64,000 nucleotides of DNA, taken from NCBI GenBank assembly GCA_040954595.2, contig CM082576.2, forward strand, positions 482,648 through 546,647, given 5' to 3'. The DNA is from Balanoglossus misakiensis (lineage: Eukaryota; Animalia; Hemichordata). The translations under genes and the position numbers were made by a program. A model generated the notes under the pieces. The model searched no databases, was not told the origin of the DNA, and saw nothing but the letters and a program-made list of their open reading frames with translations. The first letter of the stretch is position 1. Every line of letters starts with the position of its first letter. Shown here in pieces: positions 10,882 to 23,200 of this stretch.

Positions 10882-13800
10882 CTGTTGTTAATTGATTTAA
10901 CCGCTGACGTCAAAACCACTGCAAGGATTTGTCAAATTCCAGCAGCGCTAGCAGTGTTTACATCAACAGAGGTCATTAGGCTTTGTTCCTGTATTTCTTC
11001 AACTGGTTTGCCGACCAATTTCCTGCAAAGAAAAACAGTAAAATTGTAATATGTTTAGTCACGTACGTAGATGGTAATAATTTTTGCATTAGCGAGGAAG
11101 TTGGATTCCTTGCCAACGGATTATTCTTTGTATCTGTTTACTTGTGACCGTAAACAAATATAAAAATGCAGGATGCATTTTTTATTTCATTTCAATGGCG
11201 AATAGATTTGAAAACAAGAAACTATATGGCCGTTAAATATCCCGCTTGTGTTGGGTAATGATCGAAAGTCAACTTGAGCCAGGAAAACTATCGATACACA
11301 CATTGAAAGGAGATATCCATGATTTCTTACTAGAATTGCCTGTCATGTGTATATTTATGCGGTTATCTGGTAGTTTGCTCTGAATATTCTGAAATGTTCT
11401 TTCAATGTGTTACCTATACTCTTACTGGACATGTTTTGTGGCAGGGAGGTGTGTCCGGCTTTGTGTAATACTAGTAAACAAATGTTCTGACCATACGACA
11501 TGAAGGGCAATTGCAAAGATGATTTATAGTTCAAAACAAAGCTCAGAACATCAGTAAGTTCAGTCGCTTATGGTCAGCATCTCCTCATCAGAATATATGT
11601 TGATGTACACTTGAAGATGGAAACTGTTAGTCAACGAAAAACTGGAAGAAGTTTATATTTAGGTTAACAGATTCACACGTGCGTCTTATCAGAAAAAGAT
11701 ATAAGACGTTCTTGAATTTTACATGGAGACTTTAAACAGTAAACGCGGGTGTCGTTTTCAGACAATCGGAGTTAACCATCAAAATCGATTTGGATAGAAC
11801 TAGGGGGCCTTTGAAACCGGCAACCCCAGCATGCTAGAAATTTGATACTATGAAAATGTTGAAACGGGCCACAATTTATTCGATGCTTCATCGCTTAAAA
11901 TGTTTAATGGTATGATATCGCTAGCTTTATGGATAGCTGACACCGGCCTTAAAATATTGAAATGGTTGACTTCACTTATAATGCCACATTACCATGTTGT
12001 AAGGAGAAAATAAGATAATCAAGAATTTCACATCTTAATTTCGTGCTAAAATACAGTTGAACTCATTTACATAAATCATAATGTATGTATGTATGTTTGC
12101 TTGTTTCATCGGAATTGCAAGCTCATACACTTGGGAAAAGGAAAAACTAGTGAATGGTCAAGAAAAAAAACTACAAAATGCGCTTTTCTTTGTGTCAGTC
12201 TCATCCACATCAGACTTGACACAGTTCAAGGTGATATAAAACAATACAGCACGATTGGCATGTGTGGTTAATGTTCAATTAGTGTACTAATTAACAAGAT
12301 ATGGTACGAAGAGCTTTGCCCGACACACGCCACCCCAACAATCCTTGCAGCCGAAATTATTTATTCATGTTGCGATCTTTTTAACTTAAAACATAAGAAG
12401 GGTCTACTTTGCTTAAACTGGCGTTGGATTCGGGAGAAATTCTTTTTAGCATAAAATATTACCCTTTCGGTGAAAAGTTCTGAACATGAAACGTTGTGCT
12501 TGATTGAGACAATGATACAGACTGGATTAATCCATCGGTGGACAAACGGGTTTCCCCGATCAAAAAAAATCAAAGCATTTCACGAGTGGCGTATTCAAAG
12601 GCACGCTTACAAGAGGCCATAGGAAAATACCGTTTTATCAAGACCTTCTAAGTGTGAAAGCAAAATGCGTTGGACTGTCAAAACAAATCTTACTGGTTTA
12701 AAACACAATCATGATATATCACCTCACACAGGCAGCAAATTATCTGTCCCTGAATGACACCATTTCAACGGAAAATGATCACAACCTGTGTTTCAGTGTC
12801 ACCGGTTCAACTCGGATCTTTTCCACCTAAACCTATGTAAACATGTTAAAAGCGAAATCGTTAAGAATCAAATGTCACGGTTGGCTAACATTTATCATTA
12901 AGCTATCACCTCAAAGGGAAGAAGTGCGGCTATAGTCTCTCGTCTTTACACTCTGTTCATTGTGTTTGGATACATTTCAATCACGGCGCATTTCTTTATT
13001 GCATCGCAGAAGCAATGAGCAATGATTAAATGCGAACTTACTTGCATGTTGCCAGCCCTGCAACTATATTCCCCGTTTTTGTCTTTCAAAACGTTCGAAG
13101 AATCATAGTCGATGGTTACTCTGCTTTGTTCCATTCTTCACGAAACAAATTGAGAGGTTGGCAGTTTGGGAATAGAAACGAAAAGCATCGACATACACAA
13201 CACTGGTAGACGAACAGACACACAGACATACAGGGTAGATTTCACGCATGCCGTATACATGGTTGTCGAGGATAAGGAGTTTCCAAATGTTTAAGTGACC
13301 GTTATCTTTCAAATTGAAAGTTGAAAACTCATACTGAATTTAATCTTTACCCTGAGTCACAACTGACCATATTCCGACACTTGTACAGGTTGTCATTAAA
13401 AATGTACATTTCTATAGACGGATGAAAGTGAAAAGGTTCGGTAGGTTTTCCTGTATCACTATACAAACCCGTGGTCACGTGTTATCATTTGTGTGCACAT
13501 TTTGTCGTCTGTAGGAAGAGACAACAATAAGCAATTCGTCGGAGTTTTTCATCAAGACAGTGATTACCATCGCAGAACGTGAACAACTTTCAGGCAATCA
13601 ATAGCTAAGAAATCGATTTTTCTTTCGTGGCAATATTGTCTGTTTCAAACCTTAAGTTGTTCATTTCCTATGACAATAAGACCAACAGTCGAGGCCTTCT
13701 CAAAATTCACGTCTATCGTCAACTTGATATCACAACGCTTTAATGGATAAATACATGTAACGATTTGCTGTCTAAGGGAAGTGGGTCTGATCTTAAAGCC

Positions 13801-14467
13801 GAAAATAACGACGATGGTAAATCATAACACGGTTGGGTTTTGTATAAAAACAACCTCTTTCTGCAGTTCTCACGGAATCCATTTCTCTGCCGCCACTCAA
13901 GAAAATATAGTCAGGACACTCTAAAAGACAAAATATGAACAAGTTGTAGTCGCTTTATTAATCAGAAGTGTGGTCCTTGTTTTGCTAAGCACGGTCGGCA
14001 ATTAAACCTCATCAACACTATTTTATCCATTCAATTTGGATATTTTGGCTTAATTCAGATCTGATAATAATAAGTGTGCGAATGTAGAAAGTTATTGATC
14101 GACAACGTCATTGGTTATTCAACAATCCCTGCTGTTAGCTTATTAAGAAAAGTCAACGTATTCCACGGTGTTAGCATCCTTTAATGTAATTCCATTGTGT
14201 GGCAGTCATTGGTACAGACTTCGACAGTACACCAACGAACGAACGCGGAACGGCCTACAGAGTGTATGCCTCGAATGTTTTAAAGTCAGCGCACTCTCAA
14301 TTGTGGGGATAGATTGATGCTTCGAATATTCCAGTAGTTTTGCCCAACGTCAACATGTATTGTACATAAAATAATCGTTGTTTCGTGCTGAAGTTATTTA
14401 TATTGAACATCAGGCAGAAAGATTCTGAATGCTTGTCTCGCCACAGTATGAACACTTTAAACTTTGG

Positions 14468-14545
14468 ATTCATTCATTCATTCATTCATTCGTTCGTTCA
14501 TTCGTACGTTCTTTCATTTATTCATACATTCATTCATTCATTCAT
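14468..14545 (+). repeat. Degenerate (TTCA)n microsatellite
   Basis: ATTCATTCATTCATTCATTCATTCGTTCGTTCATTCG...ATTCATTCATTCATTCATT read directly. Confidence 0.9.
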
Positions 14546-17500
14546 TTGTTCTTTCTTTCGTTCAATCAATCAATAAATTATGCCACAAGCTAACGAAAAT
14601 TATTGTGATTGAACCAAAATGGAAAAAATGCAATTTGAATCCACAATTAGTAACGAACAATACCTAATTATTGTTGTTAAGCAAGCGAGGCTTTTGCCTG
14701 TGTAAAAACAGCCAGTGGTGATTACATCAACCGCATATAGAATCAAAGTTAAAGACCAGGTGTAGTGAAGCAGTTTGAAAAACCGCGACATATGGGTTCG
14801 TTTTCCTTCGTATTTATGGTGTTTCACACTACTTTGAATAGAAAGCAAAATGCTTTTATGTCCACAAACGCAATGTAAATTCCACATTAAAATGTTCAAT
14901 CGAGTTCAATAAACACTCACCGGCTACTATATTTATGTGCATTCCTCTTTTGTGCCAGTTAACATATGTTTTCCTTTGAGAATGCTGAAATGGTGTTATT
15001 TTAATATGACGCCCATAAATTTAACCGGCGTGTTTGATACAGTTCCGAGCGGGTGGCGTGATGCGCGTGCAGTCGGCGGTGGAGACGAGTTTTTTCAAAC
15101 GCGCGCGTGACTTTCAGTTGAACAACACGCGCGTTTGCAAACCGATCCCCGAAGGGCGGTTTCACACGGTTATGTTGCAACTTGAAATTAGGAGGTGGAA
15201 GTAACGAGTAAAGAAACCCATAGTTATGGGATGTCATGCCTCTTTTCTTGTCAATGTTCACATCATTGCAACTAATCTCAGTCAAAATGGAAAATTAATA
15301 ATAATGGAATACAAAATACTTTCTGTCGTTTGGTTGGTGATTGAGATGTAAAATTTGGGCCTATTTGCCAACGTTTTAACTAGCTTTATTTCATCACCTA
15401 ACGAGCTATCTTTTTCATTGTCTCTGATCACAGTGCATCAGTATAAACAGTCAAATTAATCTAATAAAAAATAGTCACCAAGAGAAACGTGGTTCTACCG
15501 ATTTCCCAGTGAGAGCTCACACATTAAGATTTTGTAGGATTTATACGCATGCGTAATCTTTTTATCTCATAGAGTCGTTGAACAATAAGTTCGAAAAATA
15601 ATGTTCAAAAACATTGTCCTCTTTATCTGGTCATTATGCCGGACACGTAGTAAAACAGAAAATAAAACGTTGGTGAAGTTCATTGCACATATTCTATAAC
15701 TTTTGACGTCATTTTATTATGGCGTAAGCAATCTGTCAGTATATTAAAGGTTCAGTAGGCAACTGGATTTATAATATGTAATTTTGATCTCCCGAAACAA
15801 TTAGATTCTACCTTTTTTGTTATGAGTACATGTACATGTTATTCTGAAATAAAAACTGTTAAAAAACAATCATTCACAATAAGAATCATCTCCTTCGGAT
15901 ACTAAATTGTAACTAAAATTTTACACAATATTAGATTAGAATATTAAAACAGAAATTCTGAACAAATGGTTTCCGATATTTGGACAGCTCTGTTTCGCAA
16001 ACATATTGAGTGAGTCCTGTACAATTTCCAAGATTTGCCCCTGTAAGAAAATGGATTATTTCTGACATCACAAAGTGTGCTCTATCACAGATTCACTGGC
16101 AACCAGATATTACATGTGTCAAATGTAATAATAAAATCTACATTTTACACTCAATTGTGGACATTTTGGATTTCCGTTCAAAGTATTTTAAATCGTTGCT
16201 TACAATAGAATTCAGCCTTTTAAAAAATAAAGTATGGATTCATATTACAAAACGGTGAGATCGCTGTCAAGCTGACTCTAGCTGTTCATACCGGATCACC
16301 AGGTTCTCGACCAACAAATGTTTCCATTTGAACGACAACAAGTGCCTCCTAGGACGGGGGCCACCAAACAGCCGGCGCTGCACAACAGAGCGAGCGCGGT
16401 CACCCCGCGAGGAGATGCTCCATCTTGTGTATGTAGGATTGATATCTCTGAGTGCGCATCTGGCAGATCGCCCTCCAAGCAATTTGCAAACTTGTCCTTT
16501 TTTAGCCAAATGCAGGTTCACGTTTATTACTCTCGTATTTCACAATATACAGAAACTGAATGACTGTAAAGATCTCTCATTTTGGGTGTTGTGGGAACTA
16601 CACTCAGACATTTGTATGATCTAGATTTTGATGGTAATTTTCACTGTTCTGGTATATCTTGCAGTAAATATGTAAGTTTAATTTTCCTTAACTTCACCCG
16701 GTCGTGACCAAACAAGTTACTCAATGTAAATGTGGCACTTGACGTGACCCCGGGGCCTCATAAACCAGCAATACCGTGGATGATACTGTCATGTCGTCAC
16801 AAAGCTCAATTTCTAAAAGTTAATTTAAAAAATTCACGCTGCCACGATTAGTCTGTGCATACCATAACCCCCATGAGCACATTATGAAATGCCGTCGGCC
16901 ATCTTTCTTGTAAAAGTACCGACAATCGCATATTACTGTTTAACTGTTGTTGTTGTAGCATTCCTGTTTGGAAACGTTAAAATAATATGGGTAACCTGTG
17001 CCTCTCTCCCTTGTTCCTATTTTCATAAACTGGAAAGTTATCGATCGATCTTTTCAGTCTTTGCTCGGAGATCGCGAACTTATCAGTTTTCCTTCTGGTA
17101 GAAATGGGCAAACAATTGTTCCCGCATTTTCGATCGGTAGCGCTAGTGTTTAAATAATTAGATTTTTTTTTAAATTGTCGAGTTCAACGCCATGACATTC
17201 ACTCCAGAGGGTTAGGGAAAGCCCGCACTAAGAAGTGTGAGCAATTGAATTTCTACTGTTATTCGTGTCATAGGCATTCCTTGTCGCCAATAATTACACG
17301 AAGATATAAAACTACTAAAATGAACTCGTCATCATCTTTGACCATGTGAGTAGTATGAACAGGCCGGTCGGGTATAATGTTTTAGCAGGTAGTTGCCCTC
17401 TCCCCCATTTGACCGTTTTGTTTTTTGAAATACCATTCGTTTCCCTTTCTCCCCTTCAAGCCTTGAGAAATTCATCACCAGAGATTCTAGTGTGTGTTTT

Positions 17501-18819
17501 GCCAACACGCACCTGAGTGGTTAAACCACTGCGCTGCAATTTGGTTGCGCGAGTATATGTAGTACCCACCGATACTCTTCTGTGATTGATAGTTCTTACA
17601 AGTGGTTCGAAGCAACCATGATGCCTATCCACTTCGACTACCCTGCCTCAAAATGTTTAATGGCTTCGCATCGAGAGAGAGAGGGAGAGAGAGAGCCTTG
17701 TAATTAATGAGTCTTGATTTTAAGCTCACCGAGATGAAGAAATCGACGAGTCCAAATAATCAACCATCCTTTCCGTCCTCTTTTCTCTCAGACTGGTTGC
17801 GCAGTCTTTCTCTTTGGTACACTCGTGTATTCAATACTTAACTTGGTGCTCACGCATTTTTTATTTTTCTGAAAGGTCTAATTTCAAAGAAAGAGAAATG
17901 TCACTAAAATGGAAAAGGGGTTCTTAAGAATTAATACTATTAACCGAAAACTGATTGTTTTCCCCTGCACCGGACGAGTCATTCCCTTTGTACGACAAGG
18001 CGCTACTAATTCACCGGAAAGTCGGTAATTCACGGGGAAACGATTTCTTCTCCTTTGTCTCTTTGCTTGTGTGGGGTTCTATTTTTGTGTTGTTAATAAT
18101 GGGATGATGTTTGTCATCAATGAAGTCTTGTGACGCGGAGGCGGAAGAGTAGAAACGGTCGCTGCGTCTGACAGATAATTCTATTTGTTAAAGGTGTAAT
18201 TAAGGCAGGGTGTAGCTAACTGCAGGCAGGCAATCTCGTTTCAGAGCCCTATAGCGACGTGATGGCTTGTCCAATGCACCAGTTGCCAAAAGAATACTAA
18301 CAACCAGAAATCTATTGTTACTGGGGATTTTTTAATAAATGTTACGGCTTTATGAAGAATTTTGATGTGCATTATGCATTTCGTTGAAGTAATCAGAGGT
18401 CGAGGCAGGTACATTAAAACCGATCAGGCGGGTGGTAAAAAGGTTTTCTTAATAGCTGAGTTGACTAATACTAGCAACGCCACGCCGCTAAGGGCAGGCT
18501 AATACAAGCGCTATCACGGCAGCTTACAGTTTAAAGCGATTGACGACGCTGCCGAAACATGAGTAAGAGTGATGGGTCTGAAATGGACATGACGACATTT
18601 TGATTATGTCCGGTTATTTCAACGATGCCAGCTATAAGTCTTTCATCAATTGTCATCGAGTTGACGTCTCTAACTTGAAACCTCTGTCTCCATTTCGCGT
18701 CTCCACTCTCGGAAATCGACGTAGCTTTGAAACTGACACGCTAAGAAACCGATTAAGACACATTTCCATTCTGTCTTTATCTCTCAAGAGTCATTGTATC
18801 TCTGCACACTCAGTAATAT

Positions 18820-18823
<4 letters not shown>

Positions 18824-18882
<59 letters not shown>
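18824..18882 (+). repeat. (AC)n microsatellite, ~29 units
   Basis: Perfect AC run read directly. Confidence 0.97.
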
Positions 18883-18885
<3 letters not shown>

Positions 18886-20414
18886 TAGTATATATAGACT
18901 TGCGCGGTTGCAAAATAGACACCATAGCAGGTACTAAATGGTGACGCTCCCCTGCAATGGTGTAATGAAAAGCCAACATGCAACTTTAATAAGTCCCACT
19001 ATAACAGAAATCAATCAATACAGAGGAAACGTTGTACATGGTAAAACACATACATTGACTGGAAGCGATTATTTGTAAAAATGGATACATTGGCGATTGA
19101 GTTAACCCTATCCGAAGGCTATTTGTGTAAGACCGTTTTTGTGACACTGTACAGGAAACGCCGAGCTCGCTACCCGCAATCATTGCCTAGTTTTTACCGT
19201 CCATTAGCTCCACATCAATCAGCCCATAGCTGACTATTACTAATAATATGATCACGCGGTGCCCCTCCTGCTTGCATGAGTCAGTCTCCGCAGTCATGTC
19301 TGATTTGTTCCACAGAAAAGATACAGAAATCGGAGTATATAACATCAACTTAAGCTCCTTCTCCGGGAAAAAAGAGCCAGTCCCGAAGCAGCCAGAGAAC
19401 TCTATCCTCTGACTTAGAATAATCCAACTGCGGGGAACATTGTCATCGTTAATGCAGGTTTCATAGTAATGTTAGTAATGTTCATATTAAGGTTGTCATA
19501 ATTAATGCGTATGAAATATCTATTTTCAATTATTGGAAAAGTAAGATAAATTGATTAGTCAATCCTTCTTCAATCAATCAAATTAATTAAAAACACCCAC
19601 AAAGTAAGCAACGGAGACTGGAAAATGTTCAATAAACTTAAAAGTGATTACACCAGTCAATATGGTCGACCGTATTTATCTATCAAAATGGCCATCGATA
19701 AATCATTCCATCAACTTCGTCTACATGACATTTGTGGACATAGGTTTCTTTTTAAAAAGTGACTCCTACCTGTACAATCAAATGTCTCCGTGTGATTTTG
19801 GTCAAGAAATGACGATTGATGCGATCATCACAAGACGGCCCCATTATTTAGTCACTTTTTCATGAGATAGTCGATTTTTCAATCTCCAGTAAGAAACTCA
19901 GAATTTATAATTTTCGGTCATTCTCATAGTACCCGTATGCAGCAATTTCCAGCATAATCGATAGGCGAAAATCCCAATTAGTTGGCGCCTCAGAAGAAAA
20001 ATCAAAACACGGGTGGGGTTTTGATTTATAATTATTTTTCTAATCAGCAGCAACAGCGAACTGAAGCAAAAACTTGACTGTGATCAATTTACGAGTCGTT
20101 AGTGGGACAGATGTTCCTCACTTAAAAGCTTAATATCTTAGTGCCTTATATGCTCTTGTCCGAGTACTCACCAACTCGGACTAACTTGATGTTCTTTTGT
20201 TCTTTCATAAATAATTAACCAAAAGGCACTTCTGATGATATTTTTGGCGTGTATAATTTTCAGATCAAACAGTAAATGTTTTATTCGTAATGGAGTGAAC
20301 AATCTTGTCAACAATTTATCAAATTCTGCTAAAAACTTGAAGAGATGCCGCCTTCTAAGTTCATGTCCTTTCTTTTGCTAGTAATTTGAATTTCCTGTGA
20401 CATTTCTAACTCTC

Positions 20415-20527
20415 TATTGACCCTTAATTTTTATTCTAAATTTTAAGAGAGAAAAAATTAAAGTTGCCTAGAGCAAAATATGAGAAAAGGTTTAAGACTT
20501 TGATTTTCGAGGCGAATACTACCTTAA
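20415..20527. mobile_element. Possible terminal fragment of a TTAA-flanked non-autonomous DNA transposon (MITE)
   Basis: Ends ...TTTCGAGGCGAATACTACC|TTAA, a CC terminus abutting a TTAA target site as in Kolobok/piggyBac-like MITEs. It resembles my unverified recollection of hemichordate interspersed repeats. The partner end was not found in the window. Confidence 0.3.
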
Positions 20528-23019
20528 GAAACGCATAGTAGTGTTATCGATGATTCAAATATTGAATTTGACCAATTCTTAGCAAAGTGCACAAAACAGT
20601 TTTTTTTTTTTAAAAACATAAAACAAAAGTTACATGAACTTGTCATAAATATTAAATATCACGTGTTCAGAGTCACATCATTATTTGGTGACAAGTCGGT
20701 TTTTTTCAGGATGGTGTGCTCTTGACTTTTACATCCAGTTTATAAAATGGCTCTTCTCGTCTGAAGACAGGCTCTTCCCAAATATTGAAAAGCCGCTTGT
20801 GAGATAATTATTGCATCCCGCTTCTGAACGGCTTCATTAAAAGTACGGGATGTTCTCAATTCACCGCACCGAGTGCTCTGACAGATAATCGATGCGTGTG
20901 CAGACAGTGAATAGAAGAGCAAGAAAAATGGGTAATACATCTTCTCTATCTAGCCTTGCGATATTTTGTGCAATTTCTGAAGTCCTTCAAGCTAGCAGGC
21001 CATCGATTAAAAGGACTACAATTGATGCACTATTACACTATCTATTCAGATCGATTTTTATTTTGTGCGTACTAGTTGTTTTGAAGTCGCCGTTATTAAT
21101 GTTTGTTGTCAAGGCGATTTGGGTGTTCACAGTCGCCATTGTGCGCAACTTAAAATATTCATATTAAAACCACCAAATTGCTTGAAACTTTTTTCTGTTT
21201 CTTTTCATAATTTGACGTTTTTCTCTTTAAACAATTCCGAGACGAAACCGTATGCTAGCAAATAAAATTGAATTACAACAATGGTGTTTAGCTCGGGGGA
21301 TTTTTGGCGAATATTTGAAACTCCCGTGGTTCTATTATCCGACCAACAATGACCGGTTTGTAATAGCCCACGGCAGAAATGAGTAAATTCGGAGACATAA
21401 AACTGTACCACCATCCCCGGGGTTGCAAGGGAAGGCGGTCATATAGTAAAGGAAATTGAACACGGGCAAATAGTAAATAAATTATCGCGACTGAGAATAG
21501 GGGTGCAAAACAAACGCCGCGTGAGATTTCCCTGAAAGCCAGCTGAATAGTAACTTCCCGCCGCTTTATGCTAGTCCGAAGCACCGTACACACGGGTTGG
21601 TAAATGCAATAGACGGTCATAATTGATGGTAATTACTAGAGTGGCCAGCTTTGTAGAGGGTGATAAAAAGTAAGCATTTTTGGTATGAATGATTGGTTTT
21701 TATTTAAAGACTACATCTTGCAACAATTGGAACGGTACCGAATAACTGACTGGTCGATGATATGTTTAAACTTCTCTTGATAATATTTCACTTCCACAGC
21801 CCATATGTCTTTAATTTAGTGGTTGTTCATTGATTTGTTTTGTCTTGTTTCACTACTGGATTTTCACCAATAAATATTGCTTTGGGGGAGAGACGGCATC
21901 GAAAAAAGCAACTTGACAGTGATACTACATGACTTTGCCTTAAGACCAAATACTAACCATTCTCTGTAGTTTGACTCTTTTTCAACTTCTTGAAATGGTA
22001 AGTTAAAAAAAACACTATCGACATATTGTTGTATAGTAGGTTCATTCAGCTTGAGAATTCTTGCAAAAGTTAAAAATGTTGAATAATTTTATCATGAAAA
22101 TTTAACCGTAAAACAAATTGTTCGGGGAGTCGCGTTCATCGTCATGTCGGAAAATTTCATTTCCTTTTTGTCTTTCTACAGAACGTAAAGAAACTAACGT
22201 GTCCCGTGTTTCCTTCTCCTCGAAACTTGCTGACGTCACCGAGATTAACGTGGCGAGGGGCATGCTGTCAATGTGTGACGGACTCAATAACTCAGTTGCG
22301 ACGGCAACTTATCTGGCTGACAGATGCCAGCTCTACAGAACGCAAACAGTGGCGACGTAACCTATGCAATACTTGGAGAGCGATTTTGAGGGCGACGCGG
22401 AGAGGGAAATACAAATATACGCCGTGAAAGCATTTCAAGAATACGTCTCTCCTCCACGTCGTAAAAAGCAGAGAGGGAGACTCATATGATTCATTGGTAA
22501 ATAAGTAAATCACGTCCCCGTTAAGTTTGTTTACGAACATTCGACTGTTGAAAAAAGCACTACTATTAAAACTAATAGTTGACTTAATAAAATACACCTT
22601 CTGTTGGGGTGGTGTGACCTTAACACGAGAAAACACCCCTCCGACGTTTTGCCAATGCCCAGCCTTCGTTATGTGTGAGTGTAAATAAAGCCCAACATTG
22701 GACTGAAATCCAAAACGGGCTTCAAAGAGCACGAAAAAGCGGCAAAGTGGCGAATTTTAATCTTGAATCGGCTAATGTTGACGCAGAGTGGCCAGGGCAA
22801 ACACCAGAGTCTCAATATCTCATAATGCATTATTGGCAAGATAGGAAAACCCTGATTAAACCAAGCATATGGTAAAATTTGCTTTTCGTATGGAGAGCAG
22901 ATTGCACAAGAGGCACTAACACAACTACGGAAATGTATGGATTTATTGCATGTATAACAATATTTTGCTCAGTGTCAACATTTTCAAGTTCGGGTATCGG
23001 AGAGCCGGTGGAGTGTCCC

Positions 23020-23200
23020 TATATAAGCGTACTGCGGGATTGCGAAGAGCGCACTCTTGGGTGGCTACTCGGAGAAGTGAAGACCCACTCCACCAGAGAC
23101 CCTCCTTCGCGCCAAAAGATTCCCAGCGAAGGACGGCTGGTATCGCAACAGCGGAGACTTGTGAATACAATCCTCTCGTACTCCAGCCCCACAGGTAAGA
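23020..23200 (+). promoter_or_regulatory. Candidate TATA promoter with ATG-free non-coding first exon (~23053-23194)
   Basis: TATATAAG at 23020-23027, initiator-like GCACTC ~31-33 nt downstream, ~140 nt GC-richer ATG-free segment, then donor CAG|GTAAGA (GT at 23195-23196). Confidence 0.45.

Noticed and set aside
15781-15797. 17-bp exact match ATTTTGATCTCCCGAAA with 48917-48933
   Set aside because: The flanks do not align, and one such AT-rich match is plausible by chance in 53 kb.
21900-22090. Segment resembling interspersed repeats I recall from hemichordate DNA (similar impressions at ~42640-42900 and ~50820-50990)
   Set aside because: No TIR, TSD or second copy is demonstrable within the window, so it needs RepeatMasker or BLAST.
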